A stretch of DNA of 64,000 bases from a virus, in the IMG/VR virus record IMGVR_UViG_3300010149_000016, positions 2,898 to 66,897 of that record; one strand, 5' to 3'. Position numbers and translations under genes: made by a program. Below, in pieces: positions 19,128 through 28,615 of this stretch. The stretch's first letter is position 1. Each line of letters starts with the position of its first letter. A model generated the notes under the pieces. That model worked only from the letters and a program-made list of their open reading frames with translations, was not told where the DNA came from and ran no database searches.

Positions 19128-19885
19128 GACTTAGACAATTAGCAAAAGTAACAAAGTTTTTAGAAGAACATAGTGATATTCCTCACTATAAAAATATGGT
19201 ATTACCTCCTGAGGAATTCTTGAATTGGAAAACAGATAAAAAACAAAAAATACCATATTCTAGATGGATAATGTCGCAATCTAACTGTCCTACATTAAAA
19301 ATGCAATTAGATGTGCCATACTACCAAATGGCAAAAGAAGCAGAACAATTTTTAGGTGAATATGTAAAACACCGAGGTGACATAAATCCAGGCTGGAGCA
19401 GTATAGTTGTTCATGGTCAAGGATGGGATAAAACACAGCCGGATGATTTTTACGTTAAAGAAGGCGCTTGGAAAGAAGGCGAAGGACCTGAATTTGGCTG
19501 GACAGAAATTGCAGATAAGTGTCCAGTAACAGTAAACTGGCTTAAAAATGTATGGCCTTTCAAAAAATATCAAAGAGTTAGATTTATGCTATTAGAACCA
19601 GGTGGTTTTATTAGCCCACATTTAGATTATGAAAAAAGACACTTAGCTGCTTTTAATGTAGCACTTAGTAACCCACCAGGAGTAGAGTTTTGTATGGAAG
19701 ATGCAGGACTAGTACCTTGGGAAGTAGGTGATGCTAGGGCAATTGATATAGGTAGATTGCATTGTGTTCGTAATACTGGTACAGAAAACAGAATTCATAT
19801 GATTATACATGGTCATTGGAGCGATAATTTTGAAAACATTCTATGTGAGAGTTTTGACCAACTTTTAGCCTCTATTAACAACTAA
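19103..19885 (+). CDS. Aspartyl/asparaginyl beta-hydroxylase-like 2OG-Fe(II) oxygenase
   Basis: RVRFMLLEPGG.I.PHLD...HCVRN...RIHMI. Confidence 0.8.
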   Translation: MEQDKEEIRLRQLAKVTKFLEEHSDIPHYKNMVLPPEEFLNWKTDKKQKIPYSRWIMSQSNCPTLKMQLDVPYYQMAKEAEQFLGEYVKHRGDINPGWSSIVVHGQGWDKTQPDDFYVKEGAWKEGEGPEFGWTEIADKCPVTVNWLKNVWPFKKYQRVRFMLLEPGGFISPHLDYEKRHLAAFNVALSNPPGVEFCMEDAGLVPWEVGDARAIDIGRLHCVRNTGTENRIHMIIHGHWSDNFENILCESFDQLLASINN

Positions 19886-19979
19886 CTTAACTCTGTAAAC
19901 CGCTGATTTTACAAAATCTAAATAAATACATGTACATAACAATTTAGATATATTCTAAAATTAGAAAAGGAGCTATAAC

Positions 19980-22397
19980 ATGGCAAATCTTGTTTCACCT
20001 GGCGTACAGGTAACAGTAACAGACGAATCAGTATATGGTCCAGCTGGATCAGGCACTGTTCCAATGATATTCATTGCCACTGGTGAGGATAAGGTTGATC
20101 CAACCCTAACTGAGTCAGATGGTATTGCAAAATATACAAAGTCTGCAAATTCAGATACACCTGTTCTAGTAACATCACAAAGAGAATTAACTCAATATTT
20201 TGGTAATGTTGACTTCCGTAAGGTAAGTGGAACAGTATCACAGGGTGATGAGACTAACGAATACGGTTTACTGGCAGCATATTCATTTCTAGGTCAAAGT
20301 TCAGCGGCGTACATAGTACGTTCAGACGTTAACTTAACACAACTAAGACCTCAATCGGCAGCACCAACAGGTAATCCGGCAAACCTAACATATTGGACTA
20401 GTCCTTCAACTTCAACTTGGGGCATTTTTGAATGGTCAGGATCAGCTTGGGAAGAAAAAACACCATCAGTAGAAATTACAGATGGAAGTGCTCCGTCAAC
20501 ATCAGCAGCAAACGGTGCTTACTTAGTAGCAGTAGCAAATAGTAATTCAGATACAAAAATTGAATACTACAAAGGTGATTCTAACCCAGCATGGGTAGCA
20601 ATATCACCAACATTTGCACCACATTATTCAGCACCATCAAGCCCATCAGCAGGTGACGTATGGATTAAAACTACAACACCAGGCGGCGGACTAAATGTTG
20701 ATATTAAATTATTTACAACAGTAGCTAACGCATTCGTTGCACAGTCTGCAACATATGCACAAGCATCAGCACCAACAGGTGTTACAGGCGACACGTTTGC
20801 AGATGGTTCATCAGCAACAGCTCGTACATTAACAGATGGTGATATTTGGTTAGACACTAACACATCTGATATTGCAATCAAACGTTATGATAGCATTGGT
20901 AATGATTGGGATGATATTTCAACAGATCCAACTACTGCAACAGGCGGATATGTAATGAATGTACTAGCAACACAGCCAACAGGTGATCCAGTAACTGGTA
21001 CACTTTGGTATGATCCAGATGTAAATGAATTAGCAATCTACGAAGTAGTAAGCGATTCAGGAACTCAAAAATGGCAACGTGCATCAGATGTACAGTATGT
21101 TACTACTGCTCCAACTACAGACGCAAACGGCGGATCACTTTCAAATGGTGATTATTGGGTAGATACAGATGCAGACGGTTATCCTGTAATTTACAGACAT
21201 AACGGTACAGCATGGGTATTAAAAGATGGTACAGATCAAAGCACAAGTGCAGGTATAGTATTTGGTGATATTACTGCAAATGATACAACAGCAGGTGCTT
21301 TTGAAGCAACTCTATTAGCAGGCGCTCCAGATCCATTAACACACCCAGTTGGAATAACAGGTATTAACATGTGTAGATCAGCTAACACAGTTAGAGAGTA
21401 CAATGGTACATTATCTACACCATGGAAATGGCGTAACAAAGCAAGCAATGCGGCAAGTGGCAAAGGTTCATTTGGTAGAAAAGCACAACGTAAAGTTGTT
21501 GTTACAGCAATGCAAGCATCAGCGTCAAAATCAGAACTAAGAGAAGAAACAGTTCAATTTCGTTTAATTGCAGCTCCAGCATATCCAGAACTATATGATG
21601 AAATGGTAACATTAAACAGTGACAAAGATGAAACAGCATTTGTTATTGTTGACGCTCCATTCCGTCTAAACTCTACTGAGGCAGTATCTTGGATACAAGG
21701 AACAGACGCAACAGAAAACGGCGAAGATGGATTAGTAACTAAAAACACTTATAGTGCAGTTTACTATCCACATGCATTAACTACAAACCCAGTAACAGGC
21801 GATAGCGTTGTTGCACCAGCATCACACATTGCATTATACACATATGCATACAGTGATAATGTGTCATTCCAATGGTTTGCACCAGCAGGTTTAACACGTG
21901 GTGTTGTACAAAACGCATCAAATGTTGGTTACTTAAACAGTGAAAATGAGTTTGTAAAACTAGCATTAACACAAGGTTCTAGAGATGCAATGTATGATAA
22001 GAAATTAAACCCAATTGCAAGATTCCCACAAGAGGGTGTTGTAGTATTTGGTCAAAAATCACTTCATACAACTGCGTCAGCACTAGACAGAGTTAATGTT
22101 GCTAGATTAACAGCTTACCTAAGAGAACGTTTTGCAGTTATTTCAAGACCGTTCTTGTTTGAGCCAAATGATGCAGGAACACGTACAAATGCTAAAGCAG
22201 TATTTGATGGTTTCTTAGCTAACATTTTACAACAACGTGGTATTTACGATTTTGCAGTTGTGTGTGATGAAACAAACAACACACCAGCAAGAATTGATGC
22301 TAATGAATTCTATATTGATGTGGCAATTGAGCCAACTAAATCAGCAGAGTTTATTTACATTCCAATTAGAATTGTAAACACAGGTGATCTAAGCTAA
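19980..22397 (+). CDS. gp18: Tail sheath protein
   Basis: LVSPGV start, WFAPAG..RG, VVFGQK, DRVNVARL, FEPND, EFIYIP; late promoter 19921-19928. Confidence 0.95.
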   Translation: MANLVSPGVQVTVTDESVYGPAGSGTVPMIFIATGEDKVDPTLTESDGIAKYTKSANSDTPVLVTSQRELTQYFGNVDFRKVSGTVSQGDETNEYGLLAAYSFLGQSSAAYIVRSDVNLTQLRPQSAAPTGNPANLTYWTSPSTSTWGIFEWSGSAWEEKTPSVEITDGSAPSTSAANGAYLVAVANSNSDTKIEYYKGDSNPAWVAISPTFAPHYSAPSSPSAGDVWIKTTTPGGGLNVDIKLFTTVANAFVAQSATYAQASAPTGVTGDTFADGSSATARTLTDGDIWLDTNTSDIAIKRYDSIGNDWDDISTDPTTATGGYVMNVLATQPTGDPVTGTLWYDPDVNELAIYEVVSDSGTQKWQRASDVQYVTTAPTTDANGGSLSNGDYWVDTDADGYPVIYRHNGTAWVLKDGTDQSTSAGIVFGDITANDTTAGAFEATLLAGAPDPLTHPVGITGINMCRSANTVREYNGTLSTPWKWRNKASNAASGKGSFGRKAQRKVVVTAMQASASKSELREETVQFRLIAAPAYPELYDEMVTLNSDKDETAFVIVDAPFRLNSTEAVSWIQGTDATENGEDGLVTKNTYSAVYYPHALTTNPVTGDSVVAPASHIALYTYAYSDNVSFQWFAPAGLTRGVVQNASNVGYLNSENEFVKLALTQGSRDAMYDKKLNPIARFPQEGVVVFGQKSLHTTASALDRVNVARLTAYLRERFAVISRPFLFEPNDAGTRTNAKAVFDGFLANILQQRGIYDFAVVCDETNNTPARIDANEFYIDVAIEPTKSAEFIYIPIRIVNTGDLS

Positions 22398-22420
22398 TAG
22401 TTTAGACATATAATATAATA

Positions 22421-22454
22421 AAAAGGCTACTGTAGAGATATAGTAGCCTTTTTT
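22421..22454 (+). terminator. Rho-independent terminator
   Basis: AAAAGGCTACT...AGTAGCCTTTTTT. Confidence 0.8.
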
Positions 22455-22541
22455 AATTTAAAGAATACCGATAAATACAGTTGCACATTGCAATGCATTC
22501 ATAGCTCACTATTGGGCTATATTTTAAAAAGGAATAAAACC

Positions 22542-23207
22542 ATGGTAAAAGTAGAACAAAATAAAATCATTGCCACTAATATTACTTCTAAAAAATTCAA
22601 TCCAGAAGTAAGTACTGATATGGCGTTTGATACTAATTTTCTTTTTGGAGCAGCAGGCGACATCATTGAATTAGATGCATGGGTACCAGATAATGCAATT
22701 CAACAAATTGACGATCTAAATGCTGACCCATCAAAAATCCTACGTTCACGTGTAAGTGGAGATTATAATGGACCTAAAGAGGGACATGAGTATAATGTAA
22801 TTCCAGAAGATTGGAATCTTCCAGCACACACAGAATCATTGGGTTGTTTAATTTACAATAAAGGTGATTATCTAGCTCCTCACAGAGATAAATGGAGACA
22901 AGTTACTCCAGACGGAATCACAGGCGATTCATTTAGAATGATTTGTCACTTAAATCACACTAACTCTGCAGAATTTCATTTTGTAGTAGACGGTAAGATT
23001 TTTAAACCAGAAGCACGTAGATGGTACGCAATTAACACAAGAAAAGTTCATTATGGATTTTCATTTGTTGACGGTGTATATCATTTAAGTGCGGCACTAA
23101 GTCTCGATGACGATTTACGTGCAGATACAGTAAGTTGGTTACTTGATAAGTTACCATATGCTCACCCAGCAGGCGACCGTAAGGGCGTTGACTGTAGTCG
23201 TAACTAA
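22542..23207 (+). CDS. 2OG-Fe(II) oxygenase-like
   Basis: PHRD...NTRKVH; SD AAGGA before ATG 22542; late promoter 22470-22477. Confidence 0.7.
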   Translation: MVKVEQNKIIATNITSKKFNPEVSTDMAFDTNFLFGAAGDIIELDAWVPDNAIQQIDDLNADPSKILRSRVSGDYNGPKEGHEYNVIPEDWNLPAHTESLGCLIYNKGDYLAPHRDKWRQVTPDGITGDSFRMICHLNHTNSAEFHFVVDGKIFKPEARRWYAINTRKVHYGFSFVDGVYHLSAALSLDDDLRADTVSWLLDKLPYAHPAGDRKGVDCSRN

Positions 23208-23219
23208 GGAGATATTACA

Positions 23220-23519
23220 ATGGCTTCGAATAAAGTTAGACAAGTACCGGGAGACTGGACATCAGTAGAGCAATTTAAAGCTTCTGAAGCACACGCTAGT
23301 ATTAAATCAGCAATAGACGCATTCACACCAGGTGATATGGATATTGTTATGGAATATAAGCTAGCAGGAACTAAAATTTGGATTAAATATCAGTTTGAAA
23401 ACGAACAAAAAGTTGCTGATTTTAAAACATACATTTTAGCATCAGATTCTACTGTACATTTAGGACAAAGTGCAAGTCAATTAGGCGAAACAGTTTCACA
23501 AGAAGGCTGGGTCGTATAA
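23220..23519 (+). CDS. Hypothetical protein (99 aa)
   Basis: SD AAGGAG. Confidence 0.7.
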   Translation: MASNKVRQVPGDWTSVEQFKASEAHASIKSAIDAFTPGDMDIVMEYKLAGTKIWIKYQFENEQKVADFKTYILASDSTVHLGQSASQLGETVSQEGWVV

Positions 23520-23537
23520 TTTATTAATAAAATACCC

Positions 23538-23573
23538 AAGATAGGTTACTTTTTTAAAGTGACCTATCTTTTT
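23538..23573 (+). terminator. Rho-independent terminator
   Basis: AAGATAGGTTAC...GTGACCTATCTTTTT. Confidence 0.75.
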
Positions 23574-23643
23574 GAGCATTGATTTGATAAATACAATATA
23601 ACAATAGAAATACTACAGTATAGTATTATAGGAGAAAAAACAA

Positions 23644-24252
23644 ATGGCTGTAATTACAAATTTTGGAGTACCAACTGAATCAAGTCAAGGTACAACATTG
23701 ATGCCTAAACTACAATATCGTTTTAGAGTTACTTTTAGTAATATGGGTGGCACTGGTGCTACTGACGAAGTAACACAAAATGTTATTAGTGCAGGTAGAC
23801 CAAACTTAACACATGAAGAAGTTGTTGTCGACTCATACAACTCAAAAATGTACTTAGCAGGTAAGCATACATGGGATCCATTAACAATTGTATTCCGTGA
23901 TGATATGAAATCAAACGTTATCAAAAAATTAGGTGCACAGTTGAATAAGCAAGTTGATCATGGTGATCAAGGAAGTGCTATTTCAGGTAGTGCATATAAA
24001 TTTGGTGTAAAAATTGAAACACTAGATGGTGCGAATGGTACAGTTAAGCCTGCAACATTTGATGCATGGGAACTACAAGGATGTTTTATAACTAACGTTC
24101 AATATGGTGATTTAAACTACGCTGATTCAAGCATGGTACAAGTTACACTATCAGTACGTTACGATAATGCAATTCATACAATTGACGGTTCGGATGTATT
24201 AAGTTCAGGTTCAGCATCAAACGATGGTGGCTCTACAGGCGCTACATCTTAA
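23644..24252 (+). CDS. gp19: Tail tube protein
   Basis: PKLQYRFRV, AGKHTW, WELQGCF, L.Y....V.LSVRYD; late promoter 23586-23593. Confidence 0.85.
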   Translation: MAVITNFGVPTESSQGTTLMPKLQYRFRVTFSNMGGTGATDEVTQNVISAGRPNLTHEEVVVDSYNSKMYLAGKHTWDPLTIVFRDDMKSNVIKKLGAQLNKQVDHGDQGSAISGSAYKFGVKIETLDGANGTVKPATFDAWELQGCFITNVQYGDLNYADSSMVQVTLSVRYDNAIHTIDGSDVLSSGSASNDGGSTGATS

Positions 24253-24273
24253 TTTTTAAGTTAGGATCAATAG

Positions 24274-25128
24274 ATGGCTTTAGGTGATGCAGGATATGTA
24301 AAGTATGGGCAATCCCAGGTATCTGGTGATATAGTAGCAATACCTAGAAATAAGTATTCGTTCACTGCATCAATGATTTACCAAGGGAGCCAACAACCTT
24401 TAGATCTGACACGTATAGTTAACATTCAAATGCCTACGTTTGCATATAGAACGCAGACATTAAACAAGTATAATTCTAAAAGTATCGTTCAAACAGGAAT
24501 AGATTACACTCCTATAACTTTAACTGCTTACGATACTAAAGATCATTTAATAGAAGACTTTCTAAAGGACTATGCAAGACATTACATTGCTGGTCCAATG
24601 AATGAAGACGATCATATAACTTGGCTTACATCAAAAAAAGGTTTAGAAACACCATTACAAAAAAACTTTATAACACAACTTGATATAATAAGAAAAGATA
24701 GCAGTACTTTAGAAAATAAAATACAAATATATCATCCTTATATCACAAACATTGATACTGATACACTTGATTATTCAGATAGTGCAGCTGCTATATATAG
24801 AATAACATTTGCATATGAAGGATTTAGTATTGCAAGTACTGGTACACCAGTTAAACCAACACCAGAACCTATTGTTGAAGAATTTGATACAGCAGACCAA
24901 AATCTATTCCTTGATGATTTTGATGAAGCAGAAAAAGAATATTTAGTAAGCGAAACTAAAAAAACTCCACCAGCAGCCGGCAACACCACAAGTGGTACTA
25001 CAGCTATAAAAACCAATAAACCAGAATTAGAAAGATGGGATGGAACACTTAAAAAAGGCGAAAAAATTAGAAACATTGATGGCGTATCTTACAAAGTACC
25101 AGCACCTATTGAAAAAGGCGCAGGATGA
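24274..25128 (+). CDS. Tail-tube-fold protein (gp48/gp54-like initiator)
   Basis: Tube-like motifs YTPITL..YD, LDYSDS...ITFAYE. Confidence 0.6.
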   Translation: MALGDAGYVKYGQSQVSGDIVAIPRNKYSFTASMIYQGSQQPLDLTRIVNIQMPTFAYRTQTLNKYNSKSIVQTGIDYTPITLTAYDTKDHLIEDFLKDYARHYIAGPMNEDDHITWLTSKKGLETPLQKNFITQLDIIRKDSSTLENKIQIYHPYITNIDTDTLDYSDSAAAIYRITFAYEGFSIASTGTPVKPTPEPIVEEFDTADQNLFLDDFDEAEKEYLVSETKKTPPAAGNTTSGTTAIKTNKPELERWDGTLKKGEKIRNIDGVSYKVPAPIEKGAG

Positions 25129-25131
25129 TAA

Positions 25132-25581
25132 ATGCCAAAGTTTCAACAAGGACAATACGTTCCAACTAATCCAAAAAAATATTTAGGAAAAAGAACTCCA
25201 CGTTATAGAAGTGGATGGGAATTAGCAGTAATGCGTATGTGTGATAATCACCCTGCTATTTTAGGTTGGGGTAGTGAAACACATAGAATTCCATATAAAA
25301 ATCCTCTTACAGGAAAACAAACAACTTATGTTCCTGATTTACTTATTGTATACAAAGATAAAAAAGGTCAAAATCATGCAGAAATGATCGAGATTAAACC
25401 AGCTAGTCAAACATTAGGCGAAGCAAGAACACAAGCACAAAAAGCTGCGGCAGTAGTTAATCAGGCTAAATGGTCAGCATGTCATGCTTGGTGTAAATCA
25501 CAAGGTATGGGATTTAGAGTTATAACTGAGAATCAAATATTTAACAAGCCTCAGAATTCTAAGAAAAAAAGAAAAAAGTAA
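25132..25581 (+). CDS. gp4: Head completion nuclease (T4 gp4/TnsA-like)
   Basis: NPKKY, YRSGWE, W.SE, Y.PD, EIKP, N.AKW. Confidence 0.85.
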   Translation: MPKFQQGQYVPTNPKKYLGKRTPRYRSGWELAVMRMCDNHPAILGWGSETHRIPYKNPLTGKQTTYVPDLLIVYKDKKGQNHAEMIEIKPASQTLGEARTQAQKAAAVVNQAKWSACHAWCKSQGMGFRVITENQIFNKPQNSKKKRKK

Positions 25582-26223
25582 ATGCATGTTATTAGAAATG
25601 CTTTTCATAGTACAGATATTTTTGAAGAATTTGCAGATCAAATAAACAACTATAATCCAAGTTTAGTAATTGATTGTGGATGTGGAAATAATCAATGGAA
25701 AGGCAAAATTAATAATTTAATTGGATTTGATAATAATTCACAATTTAGAGAAAATTATATTAATAATCCAGACTATATATGTAGTTATTTAGAATTTGAT
25801 AAATTTGTACAAAATAATTCAGCAGATTTTTGTTTTTGTTTAGGTAGTATGCATTCTGCAGAAGATATGAGCAAAGAACTTGATTTAGTATATAAATGGT
25901 TAAAACCCGGCGGTAAAATTATTATGAGAGTACGAGCAGATGAAGATGATGATAGTGTATATGCATGGAATTTAAATAAAATACATGATATTACTAATAA
26001 ATATAATTATAAAATTATAAAACCAATAGAACACACTAAGATGCTATTAAATCAGCTAAATGAGCAAGATTTTAAATGGATAAGTACTAACAAAGCAATT
26101 AATAAAAAGCATCATAGAAGAAGTTCAGTAGAAACTGAAACTTCTAATAGAAGTACAGGACAAAATAAAGATAATATATTTAAATCCTGGTTTATATGGT
26201 GGTGGGAAAAACAATATGACTAA
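25582..26223 (+). CDS. Class I SAM-dependent methyltransferase
   Basis: IDCGCG motif I, GFD, LKPGG. Confidence 0.75.
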   Translation: MHVIRNAFHSTDIFEEFADQINNYNPSLVIDCGCGNNQWKGKINNLIGFDNNSQFRENYINNPDYICSYLEFDKFVQNNSADFCFCLGSMHSAEDMSKELDLVYKWLKPGGKIIMRVRADEDDDSVYAWNLNKIHDITNKYNYKIIKPIEHTKMLLNQLNEQDFKWISTNKAINKKHHRRSSVETETSNRSTGQNKDNIFKSWFIWWWEKQYD

Positions 26224-26761
26224 AAAGCTAGAAGAAGAATTAAATTTACCTAACTTAGAAGAATTAATGCCTGAAGAAGAAGCAGATAAAGTAGAACCTA
26301 CAGTAGAAGAAATTAAAAACGAAATAGCTGAATATCAAGGCGAATTAAGTATGGTAGAAAGAGCTCAAGCAGCACTTCCTACAGTAGAGGGATTAGAACA
26401 ATTAGATAGAGAAATGGATGCATATGCTATCAAAGCTATGGATACTTTCGATGAACTAGTTGACCTTGGAAAAAATGTAGAAGATCGACATGCGGCTCCA
26501 ATTTTTGATAGTGCTGCTAAAATGATAACAGCTGCTCTGCAAGCAAAACAAGCTAAGATGGACAAAAAAATGAAAATGATTGAGTTACAAATGCGTCAAG
26601 CTAGACTTGAAAAAGATAGTGAAAAAATAGATGCATATGTAGCTAAAAGTAATAGAGAACTAGGGTTAGATGAAGATGAAGGCGCAGAAGGGCGTATTAT
26701 TGGTAATAGATCAGAAATGCTTGCCGAAATCATGAAGAACTTGCCCGAAAAAGATAAATAG
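26216..26761 (+). CDS. Probable terminase small subunit (gp16-like)
   Basis: Coiled coil with C-terminal IIGNRSEML resembling gp16 FVGSTxEL; upstream of terL. Confidence 0.5.
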   Translation: MTKKLEEELNLPNLEELMPEEEADKVEPTVEEIKNEIAEYQGELSMVERAQAALPTVEGLEQLDREMDAYAIKAMDTFDELVDLGKNVEDRHAAPIFDSAAKMITAALQAKQAKMDKKMKMIELQMRQARLEKDSEKIDAYVAKSNRELGLDEDEGAEGRIIGNRSEMLAEIMKNLPEKDK

Positions 26762-26784
26762 TATTAATAGGAGAACACATAGTA

Positions 26785-27276
26785 ATGAAATCGTATACAC
26801 AATACTTAACAGAATCTAAAAAAACATGGAAGTTTAAGATTAAAACTATACATGAATTAACTGATGATCAACAAGATCGAATTGAGAAGCACCTCGGTAA
26901 ATATGACTCAAAAGGACTCGGTGCTGCGAAGAAAACAATGTTACAAAGTACACCACGTGATTTTCCTAAAGCTAGAGGATACGAAGTATTCACTTATGAA
27001 TTTGAAACTAATATAGTTGCAAGCGGTTGGCAAATACAAAATGACATCCGTAATATGATAGGTTTAGCAGACGGTGTATTAAAAGTAAAAGGTGAACATG
27101 AGCCAGACGAGGCTATACCACCTCAAGGAATAGAAGTTAAGAGTGTATTAGGTGATGATGAATACAGTGAAGCTGAAAAAGTAAAAGCTGAAGAACATTA
27201 CGGCGATGAATACAATAAAGGATTTTTAAAGGAGTTAGCTAAACTCCAAAAACAAAAGGAAAAAGGCAATGAGTGA
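26785..27276 (+). CDS. Probable internal head protein
   Basis: N-terminus MKSYTQYLTE resembles the T4 capsid-targeting sequence; late promoter 26753-26760. Confidence 0.6.
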   Translation: MKSYTQYLTESKKTWKFKIKTIHELTDDQQDRIEKHLGKYDSKGLGAAKKTMLQSTPRDFPKARGYEVFTYEFETNIVASGWQIQNDIRNMIGLADGVLKVKGEHEPDEAIPPQGIEVKSVLGDDEYSEAEKVKAEEHYGDEYNKGFLKELAKLQKQKEKGNE

Positions 27277-28534
27277 TTTAGATAGAATATTAAAACTTGC
27301 TAGCCACGGCATAGAAGGTGCTCAACGTCAGGCTCCAGCAGAAAGAGAAATGAAAGTAGCACCTACACCAAAAACTGAAGCAGTTGGTGAATTTGCAGAA
27401 CCAATTTATGATTTAATTGATATGCATTTTGAAGGTGACTGCCAACCAGTATTTGATGATTTAGTACGTTTTTTAAGCGGCGATCAAATTAAAGAATTTG
27501 TAGATGACTTTAGACGTCATCACGATTTACCAATGGGTGACGAAGAAACAGAAGAGTCAGTTGAACCAACTGAACCGTCAACAGAAGAAGGTAATAAATT
27601 CTCAGGCGAATTAGCAGATGCTAAAAAAGATGGTAAAAAAGAATTTGAAGTTGATGGTAAGAAATTTAAAGTAGAAGCTGACGAAGTAAAAGAAGGTACT
27701 TGGGCAGTTCCAGAAACTCCAGAACAAGTAGAAGCATTAAAAGAACTTATGTCAGAGCCATTACCAGTAGGCGAAGATGGTGATAATGCGGCAGACAAAA
27801 TGTATAGTATATTAGGTGACGATGAGTTATTTGATGAGTTTCATCAATTAGCAGTTGACCTTGGACCAGATACAGACGCAAGACCAGCTATTGAAAATAG
27901 ACTAAAAGAATTAGGTTTAATGGAAGCAGATACATCAGAAGGCAAACTAGTTTGTAAAGATTGCGGAGATGAAGTACATAAACCTACTACTGATTGCGAA
28001 AATGATTGCCATGATGAAAATGGTAGTCATTGGGTTAAAGAAGAATCAGTTAATGAAGCACAAAGTCCAGCACAAAAAGCCGCTTTTGAAAAAATGTTAG
28101 CTTCTAAAAAAGGTAACAAAAAAGATGATAAAGACGACAAAGAAGCAGTAGATGAAGCAATTGTTACAGAAAAATGTGGCACTTGTGGATGTGACATGGA
28201 TAATCCAAAACCAGGTTGCGATTGTGATTCACACAAAAAAGAAACTATTGAAGAGGCACCAACTATGGATACAACACAATTAATAAACTTATTAAAAAAT
28301 GCAGGATTAAGCGAAGAAGCTATTCAAACAAAACTAAACGAATGGGCTAACACACCAGAAGGTGCAGCAGAACAAGAAGCTACATCACATGGTGAACCAT
28401 ATGAAAACTTTGCACAAAGCGTTAACCTAAGTTTAAAAAGATACTTAGATGCAGAAGATATGAAAGTAGGCTTAAAAGAACATAAAGTTGAAGATATTAA
28501 AGAAGCATATAAAGCATCTAAAAATAAAAAATAA
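27269..28534 (+). CDS. Acidic modular prohead-core/internal protein
   Basis: Many hydrophobic-X-E|A/G sites; two Cys-rich modules. Confidence 0.6.
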   Translation: MSDLDRILKLASHGIEGAQRQAPAEREMKVAPTPKTEAVGEFAEPIYDLIDMHFEGDCQPVFDDLVRFLSGDQIKEFVDDFRRHHDLPMGDEETEESVEPTEPSTEEGNKFSGELADAKKDGKKEFEVDGKKFKVEADEVKEGTWAVPETPEQVEALKELMSEPLPVGEDGDNAADKMYSILGDDELFDEFHQLAVDLGPDTDARPAIENRLKELGLMEADTSEGKLVCKDCGDEVHKPTTDCENDCHDENGSHWVKEESVNEAQSPAQKAAFEKMLASKKGNKKDDKDDKEAVDEAIVTEKCGTCGCDMDNPKPGCDCDSHKKETIEEAPTMDTTQLINLLKNAGLSEEAIQTKLNEWANTPEGAAEQEATSHGEPYENFAQSVNLSLKRYLDAEDMKVGLKEHKVEDIKEAYKASKNKK

Positions 28535-28555
28535 TATAACAAACATCCCTCCCCT

Positions 28556-28587
28556 ACAGCGTGGCTACGGCTACGCTGTTTTCTTTT
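28556..28587 (+). terminator. Rho-independent terminator with UACG tetraloop
   Basis: ACAGCGTGGC-TACG-GCTACGCTGT plus T-tract. Confidence 0.85.
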
Positions 28588-28615
28588 GCAGTTAACTACG
28601 TAGATAAATAATATT

